A stretch of 64,000 bases of DNA from Callorhinchus milii (lineage: Eukaryota), in contig NW_024704743.1 of assembly GCF_018977255.1 (NCBI RefSeq), positions 85,686,001-85,750,000 of the forward strand. The letters are read 5' to 3'. This document shows positions 1 through 12,066 of the stretch, one piece after another. A model generated the notes under the pieces. That model saw only the letters and a list, made by a program, of their open reading frames with translations. It was not told where the DNA came from and searched no databases. Positions within the stretch are counted from its first letter, which is position 1. Every line of letters starts with the position of its first letter. Position numbers and translations under genes: made by a program.

Positions 1-859
1 CTACTTGTATCTGCCACTTACCCTGATAGCACTGTATCACCATCATGATGCTATTGGTGCTGTGTGCTCACAGTGTTCTGAGAAGATGCTCCAACTGTCA
101 CATGTCAGGGCCACAGAATTGTACAAAACTGCCTTATTTGCATGCTGGGTCGGCAGGGGAATATTTTGGTGTACTATTCTGTTATATCAAATGCAAGGAT
201 TATTATTATTGCTTGAACAAGCACCTGCAGTGCCTCGTTCGGTGATGGGCTTTTGGTATCTTTGTACGTCATGATTATGTTCAAATGCACAGCTGTATAC
301 AGGGCCTTCAATAACCCTTGCCTCTCAATGTAATGAATAACACGGTTCTTCTTTTGCTGTGGTTTACCTTAAGTACTTGCTAATCATTAAGTGAATTTGT
401 AAACAAGCAGAAGAATGTATTTGCATTAAACATGAACCTTGCTTTTTAATAAATTATTTTTAATAAGTTACATGCAAATGTTGGTATAAATATAGTTTAA
501 ATAAATGAATAAACATATATGAATTTAAATAAATGAATTTTTGCAAAAGCTATCTCTGGCTATCACAGCAACATTTTAGACATTATAAATTCATCCAAAC
601 CACAAAAATATTGTTTCTTCTCAATTTTTTATAGGTGCTTTAATTTATGCTGGAAATAATCCCTCTCCTTCTCACTAAAAGCTCAAACTCCCAAAGTGGG
701 TATGAAACTGAGCCCTGAAAAATAAAACTCGCTTGACTATCAAGATCAGTAAGTTTATCTATGATCAGAGATTCCCTCCCTGAATTTCCACAGAAGTTTT
801 ATCTGTGTTTTTGTTGCCCCTTAACCTGGTGAAAATCAATTCACTTGAGAGTGGATAGT

Positions 860-1780
860 TACATAGAGATGGTTACAGTGCAGAAACAGGCCGTTCAGCC
901 CAACTAGTCTGTGCCAGAATTTATACTCCACATGAGCCTCGTTTACCCACATGCTCATTATTTATTGGAGTGAATTATAATTTCCCAATTGATCCTATTC
1001 TAAGTGTCATTCAGAGAATCACAGATATTACAACAGACGAGTCCATTTGGCCCTTCAAGCATGTTATAATAAATAATCCTTGCATTTGATATAGTGCCTG
1101 ATCACGTCTTCGAGACATCTCAAAGAGCTTCACAGAATATACTGTAAAGTGTCATGACAGTATATTTTGTTCTGGGGCAACATCCCCCTCCCCCACCCCC
1201 ACCAATTGGATCTATGATACAAAAGGAAATCATAAATGAAAATTTATCAAAAGATAATAATACTCCTTGCATTTGGCATGTTATTATATTATTGAAACTT
1301 CTTAAGGAGCTTCACAGGGTTTACTGTAACGTAATGACTGTGTATTTGTAGCCAATAAAATATCAAAAAGAAAAATGATGCCTGGTTCGTGTAGTATTTG
1401 GATTTTAACACACCCATTGCTATAAAAGGGTGTTACAAAATGCCATTTTTTTCTGAGGTAAAGGAGTTTGAAATGAGTCAAGTGAAGAATTTAAAAGGCA
1501 AATTGATAAATGCTCAATAGGCAAGATGGGAGATGGAATTGAATTGCGGCTCAGCAACATCTTGAAAAGGATGGGTTGAATGCCTTATTCCTGTTTCTAT
1601 GTTCTTATATTAAATTGGTCATTTACTTCATGGCTGTTGGTGGGACATTGCTGTGCACAAATTGGCTCCTATATTCGCCTACAAATATAGTCAATACCCT
1701 CTATAAATAATCCTGTGAAGTGCTTTGAGACCTTTTGACAATGCGATGAGGTGCTATATCAAATGCAAGGATTATTATAT
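860..1780. mobile_element. Cluster of short CR1 3' ends and SINE tails
   Basis: CR1 termini at ~865-950 (-), ~1015-1060 (-) and ~1455-1610 (+); SINE tails at 1068-1180 (-), 1255-1352 (-) and 1610-1780 (+). Confidence 0.7.
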
Positions 1781-2710
1781 TCTTTTTTGTAAATCAATTT
1801 TTTGAAAGCGAAACCGGATTGTTACTTATAGATTGAATTTAATAGGACTTCAATTTTTTTTCAAAACAAAGATTTGCAAGGTGAACTGAGATTTTTTAGC
1901 AAAGGACCTCACAGTCCTATTGACTGGAATCAATATGTTACATATACAGTGAATCACCAGAAGGGATATTTTCCTTGAATTTTAGTTATTACAATATAAA
2001 TCGCCACATGTGGTATAATGTTAGCCTTAGGGTTTTAAAAGTGCTGTCTGATTTCATGAAATGTATCTGGCTCCTGGCAGAGCAAGCTGTCATATTATAC
2101 CATCCACCCAATGTCTTTCTGCAGTATCTTACAGAAATTCTCCTGCAGCAATCTCTGCCTCCACTTTTCATTTTTCATGAGTGCAGATAGATTTGTTCAG
2201 GCTATTAAATTGGCTATTAAATAACCATTCTGGCTATTAAATTGTTTTAAACAATCTTAATTGCTTAGAGGCTAAATGCTGTGCAAGCTGGTCCTTACAG
2301 GCACGTGTACAAGTAAATCTGTACTGTCTATAACACAAGTTCAGTTCTAGAAGATAGAACTTCTCTCATCTTTTCCATTATTCCAATCACCCTGTTTGAT
2401 TTATGTTTTAATTATTTTTTCTAGCTGATCCAGCAGATTTCTTTGCCAAATTTAAACTTAAATGTTTTATTTAAATTATTTCTCCCTGATCTTCAAAAGG
2501 ACATTTACAAATTTTGGAGAGTGTTCAGCAAAGAGCGACAAAAATGATTCTGGGCTTTCATTGGTAAAATGTCCATTCAGCATTATGTGTATTGTCTTTG
2601 GAAATGTGTGATTATAATGGGTAAAGCCAAAGGCTAATTGTGTAACATATAAATAGAATTTTTACCCATAAATTATCAATAAGGGGAAAAAAATCTCCTC
2701 CCCTCTCTAT

Positions 2711-5040
2711 CAATCCCTAACCTCTGCCTTGGAGTCCTCTGAACCAATCCCTAACCTCTGCCTTGGAGTCCTCTGCACTCCTCTCCCGCTGGCCCTCAAC
2801 CCTCACCGACCCCTCTTCTGCTCTCACCCTCCTCCACAACACCCTCTCCTCCACACTTGACACTCTTGCCCCTATCACCTCCCGTACTGTCTCTTACTCT
2901 CGCTCCTCCCCCTGGTTCACCACCCACCTCCGCTCACTGAAGAGCCAGGTGCGGGCCGCTGAACGCACCTGGGTCAAATCTGGCCTAACGGTCCACCGAC
3001 AAATCTGGCTGGACCTCCTCAAAATCTACCGCTCCACTCTAGCCTCGGCCAAATCGTCATTCTACTCCAGGATAATCCTGGAGGCGAAGGACAACCCCAG
3101 GCTACTGTTCTCTACCACATCCCAACTCCTCCGTCCCCCCGCCACCCCGCGCAGGTCATCTCCTCCAACCTTCACTGCGAGGAGATGCTGGATTTCCTTG
3201 AATCCAAGATCAAGGGAATTCGCTCCGCGGTCACTTCCCCTCCAACATCCACCCACCACCCACCCCTTCCCTCCCACACTCCGACTCCTACCCATCCTCC
3301 CCTACACACCTTCGTACCCGTTTCCCCACCCTCTGTCACCAAACTCATCCTATCCCTTAAACCCACCACCTGCTCCCTTGACCCCATCCCCACTCCACTC
3401 CTTATCTCTCAGCTCCACCTCCTTGCCCCACATATCACAGACATCGTCAACCTGTCCCTCTCCTCTGGCTCTATTCCCATTCCCTTAAAAACTGCCACCA
3501 TCACTCCCACCTTAAAAAAACCCTCCCTTGATGCGTCGCAGCTATCAAGCTACCGGCCCATCTCCAACCTCCCCTTCCTGTCCAAGGTCCTGGAACGAGT
3601 TGTCGCCTCCCAGCTGCGCTCTTTCCTCTCCAACCATTCACTATTCGAACCCCTTCAGTCGGGTTTCCGTGCTGCCCATAGCACAGAAACTGCCCTGGTC
3701 AAGGTCACCAATGACATCCTGACCATCTGTGACCAGGGCTCCCTCTGCCTCCTCGTCCTCCTCGACCTATCGGCAGCATTCGATACGGTCGACCACGCTA
3801 TCCTCCTCCACCGCTTGTCCTCCCACCTAAACCTTCAAGGCCCTGTCCTTGAGTGGTTTAGGTCGTACCTCTCCCAACGTCTTCACTTTGTCTCCACAAA
3901 TGGTTTTTCCTCCGGCCCCCGCACTGTCTCGTGCGGTGTCCCTCAAGGCTCTGTCCTCGGTCCCCTCCTCTTCACCCTCTATATGCTCCCCCTTGGTGAC
4001 ATCATCCGCAGACATGGGGTTAACTTCCACATGTATGCGGATGACACCCAACTCTACCTTTCCTCCTCTACCCTCAACTCCACGACCACCGATGTCCTGA
4101 CAGCTGCCTGTCCGACATCGAGTCCTGGACGAGAGACAACTTTCTTCAGCTCAACGTGCGCAAAACTGAGGCCCTCCTGATTGGCTCACGTCAGCGCCTC
4201 CGCACCTCAGGCGCTGACAGCATCAGCATCCAAGGCTGCACTCTCCACCTCTCAAAGCCGGTCAGGAACCTCGGGGTTCTGTTCGACCCTGAGCTGTCCT
4301 TTCTCCCTCATATCCGCGCCACAACTGGCACCGCCTTCCATCACCTCCGGAATGTACCAGACTACGGCACTACCTCCCCCCTCACGCTGCTGAAACTCTG
4401 GTCCACGCCTTTATCACCTCAAGGCTGGACTATGGGAACTCTCTCCTCGCCGGCCTTCCCGGCACCTCCCTCCACAAGCTGCAGGTCATTCAGAACTCTG
4501 CAGCTCGTGTACTGTCCCGCACCAGGCTTCGCGACCACCTCACTCCCACCCTCACTCGCCTCCATTGGCTCCCCATCCCCCAGAGGATTGAATTCAAGAT
4601 CCTCATCCTCACCTACAATGCCATTCACGGCCTTGCTCCCTCCTACCTCTCTGACCTACTATCCCCCTACTTACCTGCCCGTACCCTCCGTTCCTCTGGC
4701 TCCGGTCTGCTCCACATCCCCCGCCCCAACCGCACTACCATCGGTGGCCGGGCCTTCAGCCTCTCAGCCCCTAGGCTCTGGAACTCTATCCCCCAGTGCC
4801 TTCGCCTTGCCTCCTCCCTTTCCTCCTTCAAGGCCGGTCTCAAGACCTTTCTCTTTGACCGTGCCTTCAGCTCCCCTCTCGACTCTCTACCCCCTCCTCA
4901 CTCCCTCCCTTCCCCCCCCCTCACCCTGACCATTTCCCCCCTGCTCGGGTCCTGACCCAACTGTACAGCGCTTTGGGACGTCCTCCTGACGTGAAAGGCG
5001 CTTTATAAATGGAATATTGTTGTTGTTGTTGTTGTGTTGT
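2711..5040 (+). mobile_element. L2-clade LINE, 5'-truncated young copy (RT domain and 3' end; no endonuclease)
   Basis: RT motifs [47 protein letters not shown]. The C-terminal SRLDYGN and LHWLP motifs are in a shifted frame. Three apparent 1-bp deletions; 3' stem-loop and (TTG)n tail. Confidence 0.95.
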
Positions 5041-6062
5041 CTACAGTGAAATAAAGCAAACTAATAAACAGACCAGAAAGGCTGAACTGAGGTTTCCCAA
5101 CTGGTGGAAAAATGCTTATCCTAAATTATTTCCCCTAAATTCTGCCATCCCTTCTTAATAAGAATGTCAAATGGTTGCTTGCAAGCAGTGTTATTGAATT
5201 GGACAAGCACCAATGCTTCCCACAATGATTGGCGATCGCTTATTTTCCCACTTCCCTCACCCCAGTGCAGTTTGCTCTGTGTGAGTCCAGCTTGCCCACA
5301 CATTATGAATAGCTGTTTGTGCATAAGTGAGCCAGCAGACACCCTTTCAGAATGACTGCAAAGCAAAGTGAGCCAGGAAAGGAACAAATTATCATCCAGC
5401 TCACTGAATAAAAGCCTGAGAAAATGTACTTTGTGGTAGAATTGACACAGAGAATTAATATTAGTAATAGATCTGCTTGCATATGCTGCTAACCACAGTC
5501 CAAGAGAGTTGAAGGCAAGGCATTTGAAATATAACAATCGTTATACGTAAGATAAAATATAACAACTTGTTTAGTGATTCAGCAACACTAATACTTTGAT
5601 ATGCTGCAGTATTGTGTACTCTTCAACTAGTCAACTTTTGTAGGTCATTGCTGTGCGCAAATTGGCTGTCACAAAGACACTATCAAATGCAATGATTGTT
5701 TATCTTCTATTCCTTTAGTGTTTAAAAATGATAATATCGGATTAATATTCATGTTCAGAATACCCATTTGTGCCCTCCTGTGGGTAGTGCACATTGTGTA
5801 ATTCTGTATAACAGAGAAATAGTATGCTCTTCTTAGTTGATATATTTGGATATGGCTTGGTGAAAAAAATGGATATATTCTACACAATGTTTTTGCTTTT
5901 GTGCTTTTGTGCCACAAGTCAGACTTATGGCAAACTCGCTGTATTGGTTTCCATAGACATAGCTAGAAGTTTATTCACAGTAATATTTCTTGCAAAGCAC
6001 TGTTGCTTTCTCCAATTATAATTACCATCCTCAGTCATACCATGAAAACTGACATTCACAAG

Positions 6063-6210
6063 AACAACACATTACATTTATATCATGCCTTTCACGTCAA
6101 AAGTACGTCCCATGTGCTGGACAGTTAAGGGTTCACACCTGAGCTGGGGGATGGATTCAAGAGGGGCAGAGAGTAAGGGTAGGGGTAGGGTAGGGGTAGG
6201 GATGGGAGTT
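6063..6210 (-). mobile_element. L2 3' end fragment with adjacent (GGGTAG)n G-rich tract
   Basis: Reverse complement of the L2 tail (GGGACGT...GACGTGAAAGGC...AAATGTAAT...TTG). Confidence 0.65.
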
Positions 6211-6499
6211 TGGCCAACACAGTTCAGCAAAGAGCTTTATTCCTTCCCTTTGCAATGGAGACCTTATGGAAGCTGGAAATACTGTCAAGTTAATTTACAG
6301 GCGCAGTCCCATAAGCTCACTCACACGTTGAGTTTACGCTGTCGTTTGCAAATATAGTTTTGCCAATTAATTTTGTGATTATTGTATGGAGCCTGTGCAG
6401 AATGTCCTGGTATATCTCAGATAACATCCATCTTATTTTTCTGGTTGCCAAGATGATTGAGCCTACATAAACTGCACACATTTCTTACTGCACTTCTGA

Positions 6500-6900
6500 G
6501 GTATTCGATAAGCTGTAACCAGACACAAAAATCGTGACATCCCTCTCAATCTCCTCTGCTCCAGTGGAAAAAAAAGCCCTTTTTGTCAGTCTCTTCTTTA
6601 TACATGTTATCTCATACTCAATATCATCCTAGTAGATTTGCGCTGCACCCTCTCCATATCTGAGACATCCTACATATAATGGGGAATCCATAATTGAACA
6701 CAATGCTGCAGATGTGGCCAAACAATGTCATATGCAATTCTAACACGATTTTTCTACTTTTATCTTTTATAAGGTTTATAAGTCTCAGGATTCCAATTGT
6801 CTTCTTGGTACTATTCTGTACTTGCTATCCCACTTTTGATGAATTATGTATTTGTGTCCCCACATCCCTGTTTCTACACTGCAATAATTGTTTCACCTTT
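6500..6900 (-). mobile_element. Decayed CR1 LINE 3' fragment
   Basis: Resembles the reverse complement of the CR1 ORF2 C-terminal region seen at 7770-8420 and 40795-41240. Confidence 0.5.
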
Positions 6901-7769
6901 TAGGCTATTCTTCCAGTTCGTATTTTTTCTTGTTCTTCTGCATTATGTTTATATTACAAGTATAAGTGATATGAAATAGGATGATGAAATAAAGCATCAT
7001 TTTATTATTGTTGCAATTTGATCTCAGTCAAGGTAATTTTGTAAGCACAGATGGTTAACAAATCTTCTTCCTGAAGGTTTTATTCATGCACTAAATGTGG
7101 AACTCTGTGACTCCACTGGCATTGGAAATTTAAATATATTTTAAAACTTGCACTGGAAAGAATATTTCCTATTAGTGGTGATTAAAAGTTGAAAATTCTG
7201 AGCAGGAACAGCCACCACCAGCCAAATATCTCACTATCTTGTCACTGAATATACATTCCATCTTCCTGGCTCTCTGGAATATAAATAAGCCTTTGGAACT
7301 GAGGTCACATTGCTGGTTTGCTAACTACAGAATTGGCCACAGGGAGATATACTTCTCCACTTCAACTTTTAAAATATAGTCACATTTGCAATGCTAACAG
7401 GTCACTGAGATCCACATTTAGATGAATGCTGTCAACTTATTAAATTAAATTACTTCAGTATATTCAGTACTATTGCAATTTCACTGGGCTAACTCCAGGC
7501 ATGGAATGGAGAAAGAAATTGGTCCCAATATCCACAACTGAATACATTATTCAAATAGCAACAATTCAATGATATAAATTTATTCGTAGTTGTCTTCATC
7601 TCCCCTGGAGTGACATAAAGGTTGGTAGCCTTTCGCTCAATGCAGCTCAAGGCTAGATAATATATATCAACTCCACAGTGTTAAGTTCCTACCATTAATT
7701 ATTCTTTATTGTTTAATCTGGAGAGGCAGTAAAACAAATTGTAAAGTAAAACTATCCAATTATGTGATC

Positions 7770-8420
7770 ATAATCTCCCATTAAAATTGATTGATAAACC
7801 TGTAAAACAAAAAGCTAATCCTAGATTTTATAAATAGGACCATATAATTCAAAAGCAAAGAAACTAACTCTAAGGCTGTTCAAATTATTGGTTAGGCCAC
7901 AGTTGGACTACAGTTTCCAATCTCAAGCTCTGGTTTAGGAAGGATGTCAGGGCTGTATCGAGTGCAGAGGAGAATCACTAGGCTAATACCAGGAATGAGA
8001 GGCTTTGTGTATGAGGAGCGACTAGATAAACTAGGCCAGTTTTCACTGAAATAGGAAAGGTTGAAAGGAGACCTGGTAAAAATGTTCAAAATTATGAGGA
8101 GTTATGATAAGTTAAATCGGTTCAAATCATTTCCACTAATTGGTGAGTTAGTAACTAGAAGCCATGCATTTCAGATAATTGCCCCCAAACAAAGGGAGAA
8201 ATTAGACCTTATAGATATATATAATATATAATATATATATCATATAAATTATATATAGGGTTATTAGGACTTCAAATGCCCTGTGGAAGATGATGGTTGA
8301 AGCAAAATCTATATTAGCTTTTTAAAGAAAATACAAAAAGGCATAGGAAAAGTGATCTAACCAGATAGCATTATCAGAGAGCTGATGCTGGCATGATGGG
8401 TTGAATGGCCTTCTGTTTGC
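7770..8420 (+). mobile_element. CR1 LINE 3' fragment
   Basis: Encodes decayed LVRPQLDY...QRRITRLIPGMRG..YEERLDKLG.FSL..RLKGDL; CR1-type 3'UTR (GATGGGTTGAATGGCCT). Confidence 0.85.
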
Positions 8421-9552
8421 ATCTTCGTTATCTGCCTTTCATCACAAAACAACAAGCAGACATTCTTGCTGCTGGAAATCTAGCAATTTGTATAATTAAA
8501 AGGCATCTTCTCTTTCAACACAGTGCAGCTTCATCCTCAACAGCAAACTTGAGATGAAAATACTAACTGCAATTTGCAATACGCTCAAAAACGATTGATT
8601 TTGTTTTCAATATTTAGAATCATCAAATATGGATTCATTCTCTGCTCTTCCACCAATACAGAGATCTAGCATGTTCTCTCTTGGCATCATTGCTCGTTGA
8701 CAGCCTGCAAATGCATTTCAATGCAAAGAACATTCTTTTTCATGGAAACAGCTGTACAGAGCACAAATATGGGATATACCAGATCTGACAAGATCTCAGG
8801 TTGGAAGTGAGATCTCATGCACTACAAGCCTCACAGGGGTTTCCTTGAAGAAAATGCTGTTTATGTCAGAGGAGTTTGGATTCTGTTCCACATTGTATGA
8901 GGGGAAAAGTTATATATCAAGTCTTGCTTGAGACTTGATAATGTTATACTCTTTTCTTCTGGTCTACTCTATTATCAGGGTTACATAATTTTATTGCATT
9001 TCCTCTATTTATTCTTCTCAGTGGGTTTGGAACAGCATTCCTTGGGCAAGCAGTGATGCTTTTGGTGCTAATGGTATGTGTGGTAAAGTGGTAATGGTAA
9101 AGCAATGTGTGATGCAATCTGTATTAATATTAATATATTAAACAGGGAGCCCTCAATGTAAGCCACTCTGATCTGTGACATCAACTCTGACCCTAGATTG
9201 GTTCGGACCACAAATCTCACATGTACATGGATTCTGTACTGGAGGCACACTTTACATCCTGAGGGGTTTCTCTAGAGCCAAGGTCCCAGGAACTTTCCTG
9301 AGGATCTCTCTTTTAACTTCATGAAAAGAAACATCACAAGTATGTTCCCTCCTATGTCTTTAACCTCTAACTTGTAATGTTTGAGACTTAGAAGCATTAA
9401 AGTACATGTTGTAAGCCTTAATTTATCTGTCATGGATGAGAAGAAATTCCACCTGGGTCTGGATTTACTTTGTTTACTTAGTATCTTAGAGTGACCAGAA
9501 TTTGGCAAATTCCTAAATTAATTTTGAAACCAAGTTTTCTATTCTCCACGAA

Positions 9553-9668
9553 ATAATAATAATAATAATCCTTGCATTTGATATAGCGCTTTTCACGTCG
9601 GGAGGACGTCCCAAAGCGCTTCACAGAATATACTGTAAAGTGAATTGACTGTATATTTGTGGGCGAAA
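9553..9668 (-). mobile_element. SINE 3' portion (family B), near consensus
   Basis: Near-exact reverse complement of 41485-41598, including the (TTA)n tail. Confidence 0.9.
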
Positions 9669-9879
9669 TGCTAAGCAAATAGAGCAAATCTGCTTTTCAT
9701 CACCAAAGTAACCAAATATAACTTTCTAACAAGGCTCATTGGTTCCACTGATTGGCATTATATTGGAGAATGACAATGGTCAAAGGCCTGACTGATAATC
9801 ATAGCATTGAAACACAAGCCTTGTTGCTGTTGGTATTTCACTTATTGAGCATAAGGATGTTCCAATGTCTCTTTTATGT

Positions 9880-10432
9880 AACAACAGCAACAACTTTCAT
9901 TTATATAGCCCCCCTCACACAGGGTTGCATCCCATAGCGCTTGACAGTGGCGGAGCACGACACCTAGCTAGGGGAAGCGGGAGGTGACCATAGGCACAAC
10001 CGAATAGGAAGTTCTTCAGGTGTGACCAGAAGATGGGGAAGGAAAGGACAAGGCGGAGGGATAGAGAAAGAGTGTTCCAGAATTTCAGGGTGTAGTGGCT
10101 GAAAGCGCAGTCATCGATGGTGGAACAGGGGGTGTGAGGGACATGCAGAAGGCCAGAGCCAGTCAAGTGGAGGCAGCGGGTTGTGGGTTGTGGGGTAATC
10201 AGATCGGAGAGGTAGGGAGGTGCCAGGGCATGGAGGGATTTGAAAACGAATGTGAGGATTTTGAAATCAATCCATTCGGTGATAGAGAGCCAGTGGAGCC
10301 TGCCTATAACTGATGTGATGGGGGTACAGAGTTTAGTGCTGGTTGGTATGCGGGCGGCGGATTTTTGGATCAGCTGGATCCTGTGCCTGGTGGAGCTGGA
10401 GCGAACAGTGAAGAGGCATTTGAAAAGTCGAC
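9880..10432 (-). mobile_element. L2 3' fragment (older subfamily)
   Basis: Reverse strand encodes decayed SRL..SN...IQKSAARIL...LHWL...FKIL motifs; (TTG)-like tail at 9880. Confidence 0.85.
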
Positions 10433-11639
10433 TCCTAATACTGTTAGCACTGCCAGCATTATTCTGTGCAGCACTCTGTGTCGCAGTCTTCAGACGCTCA
10501 TTGAGTCATATCAGCCAACTAGAAAATAGCATTTCCGTACCAAAACATGAACAGGCTTTTCCATTGTTTATTAATATATAATAAATATATTTGTTGTTAT
10601 ATTCTGCAGAAAATTGAATCTTGCCATATTTGGAAGCAAGCCTCCAATTCAAAATCCAAGGGATAGATGATTTAATTAAGGAAGGTGCAAACTCATACTG
10701 CGGGAAATAGATGAGTATATTTTTACCAAAATATTATTTGGTTTGGAAGGCAGTAGCACAGAAACAAAAGTTACAACATATGTTGAATATAAAATATAAT
10801 GAACTTATCAAACCAAAGAATTACAGTACCTCACTGTTCTGCAGGCAAAATGTGCTTTGTATACGAGTAAAGCTTCCATTTTGGAAGCTTCCACAATATT
10901 AATGGACTTCAAAGGAACTCAGAAATATCCTGCTGTATGCAGGGTATATATTTATCCTATTTTGTGAAATAATTCTTTGTTGCTTGCGGGGAAAGGCACA
11001 ATGTAGTAAATCCGTGCTCAAGTAGGCAACTCATACCATTTTTAAATATTCACATTTGTATGCAGGTTGAACACCTTCAGTTTGCAATAGGTTGTTCGGC
11101 TCAATTGTATTTCCCAATACAATTTTCAACAAACAAATCTGTTGGCCTCTTTCCATCCATCAGCTTATAGAAATTATTTTGTTTGGCATGTTTATTAGAA
11201 CTGACATTGATTGCATTAAACAAAGTAAAGCTGCTTCGCTCTCAGCTATAGGCATTGTGGAGCAATACAGCCCCCGATTTATTTTATTTTTATTCCTTTT
11301 TTACATTTTACATTTACATTGCAGGCCTGCTAGAAAACTATTTATCTATATATATATATTTTGTATCAGGCTTGTTAGAAATTAATACCTAAGTTTGGAA
11401 TTCTGCTTAAGCATTTCACGGACTGCAATTGATTTTTTTCAAAATTGAAGAGTCAGCTTCACAAAATATGTGAAAGAGCACTTAATCTATTAAGCCCACT
11501 CTTTCCATTCACCACATACAGCCAGAAGGGTAAGCCACAGTGAAGACTAGATAAGACAGGAATTATATAGATTGGAACACACACCAGTTCCAGATGAGGT
11601 AAAGCACAGACAAAGCAGGCTTAGGCTTTTCTGTTTAGC

Positions 11640-11838
11640 TCCATTGCGAAGCCTCTCTAACTCTTTCCCTCCCTCCTTTCCTTCATTCAAAGCGTGCCTC
11701 AAAATGTATCACTGATCGCGCTTTCAGCCTTGTTTTCCCCCCCCATCGCCCTTGGCTGCCACCCCCAGCTCAGCAGTCAAGCGCTTTGAGATGTCTTCCC
11801 GGTGTGAAAGGGATTATATAAATGCACTTTGTATTGTA
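11640..11838 (+). mobile_element. L2 3' tail fragment
   Basis: CCTCCTTTCCTTCATTCAAAG...AAGCGCTTTGAGATGTC...GTGAAAGG...ATAAATGCA. Confidence 0.7.
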
Positions 11839-11879
11839 ACTTCAAAGAATGTTTCCTGGTGTACTAGAGTGATTTTGTC

Positions 11880-12066
11880 TATCATTGTCCCACACCAATG
11901 TTGTGTTGGCCTCCGAATGAGACTGCCTACTTTGTGACTTTTCGATGGAGCCATAACTACTAGGAATTGGGTTGAGCATGCCCAAGTGTGCTTCACTCTC
12001 TCAGCTGACAAACAGATGAGATTTTCAAGCGAAATGAAGGCTGCTAACCCACTGCACCATCCAGTT
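11880..12066 (-). mobile_element. Ancient tRNA-SINE fragment, LF-SINE-like
   Basis: Minus strand reads ACTGGATGGTGCAGTGGGTTAG (A-box head) ... CTCAACCCAATTCCTAGT ... GGCAGTCTCATTCGGAGGCCAA, resembling recalled LF-SINE motifs. Confidence 0.5.

Noticed and set aside
2714..2755. CCCTAA as an interstitial telomere repeat
   Set aside because: Only two isolated hexamers, both explained by the duplicated L2 junction.
4156..4929. Pro/Ser-rich 257-aa ORF, and similar ORFs at 21593, 42339 and 26890, as novel proteins
   Set aside because: They are shifted frames of C-rich L2 sequence.
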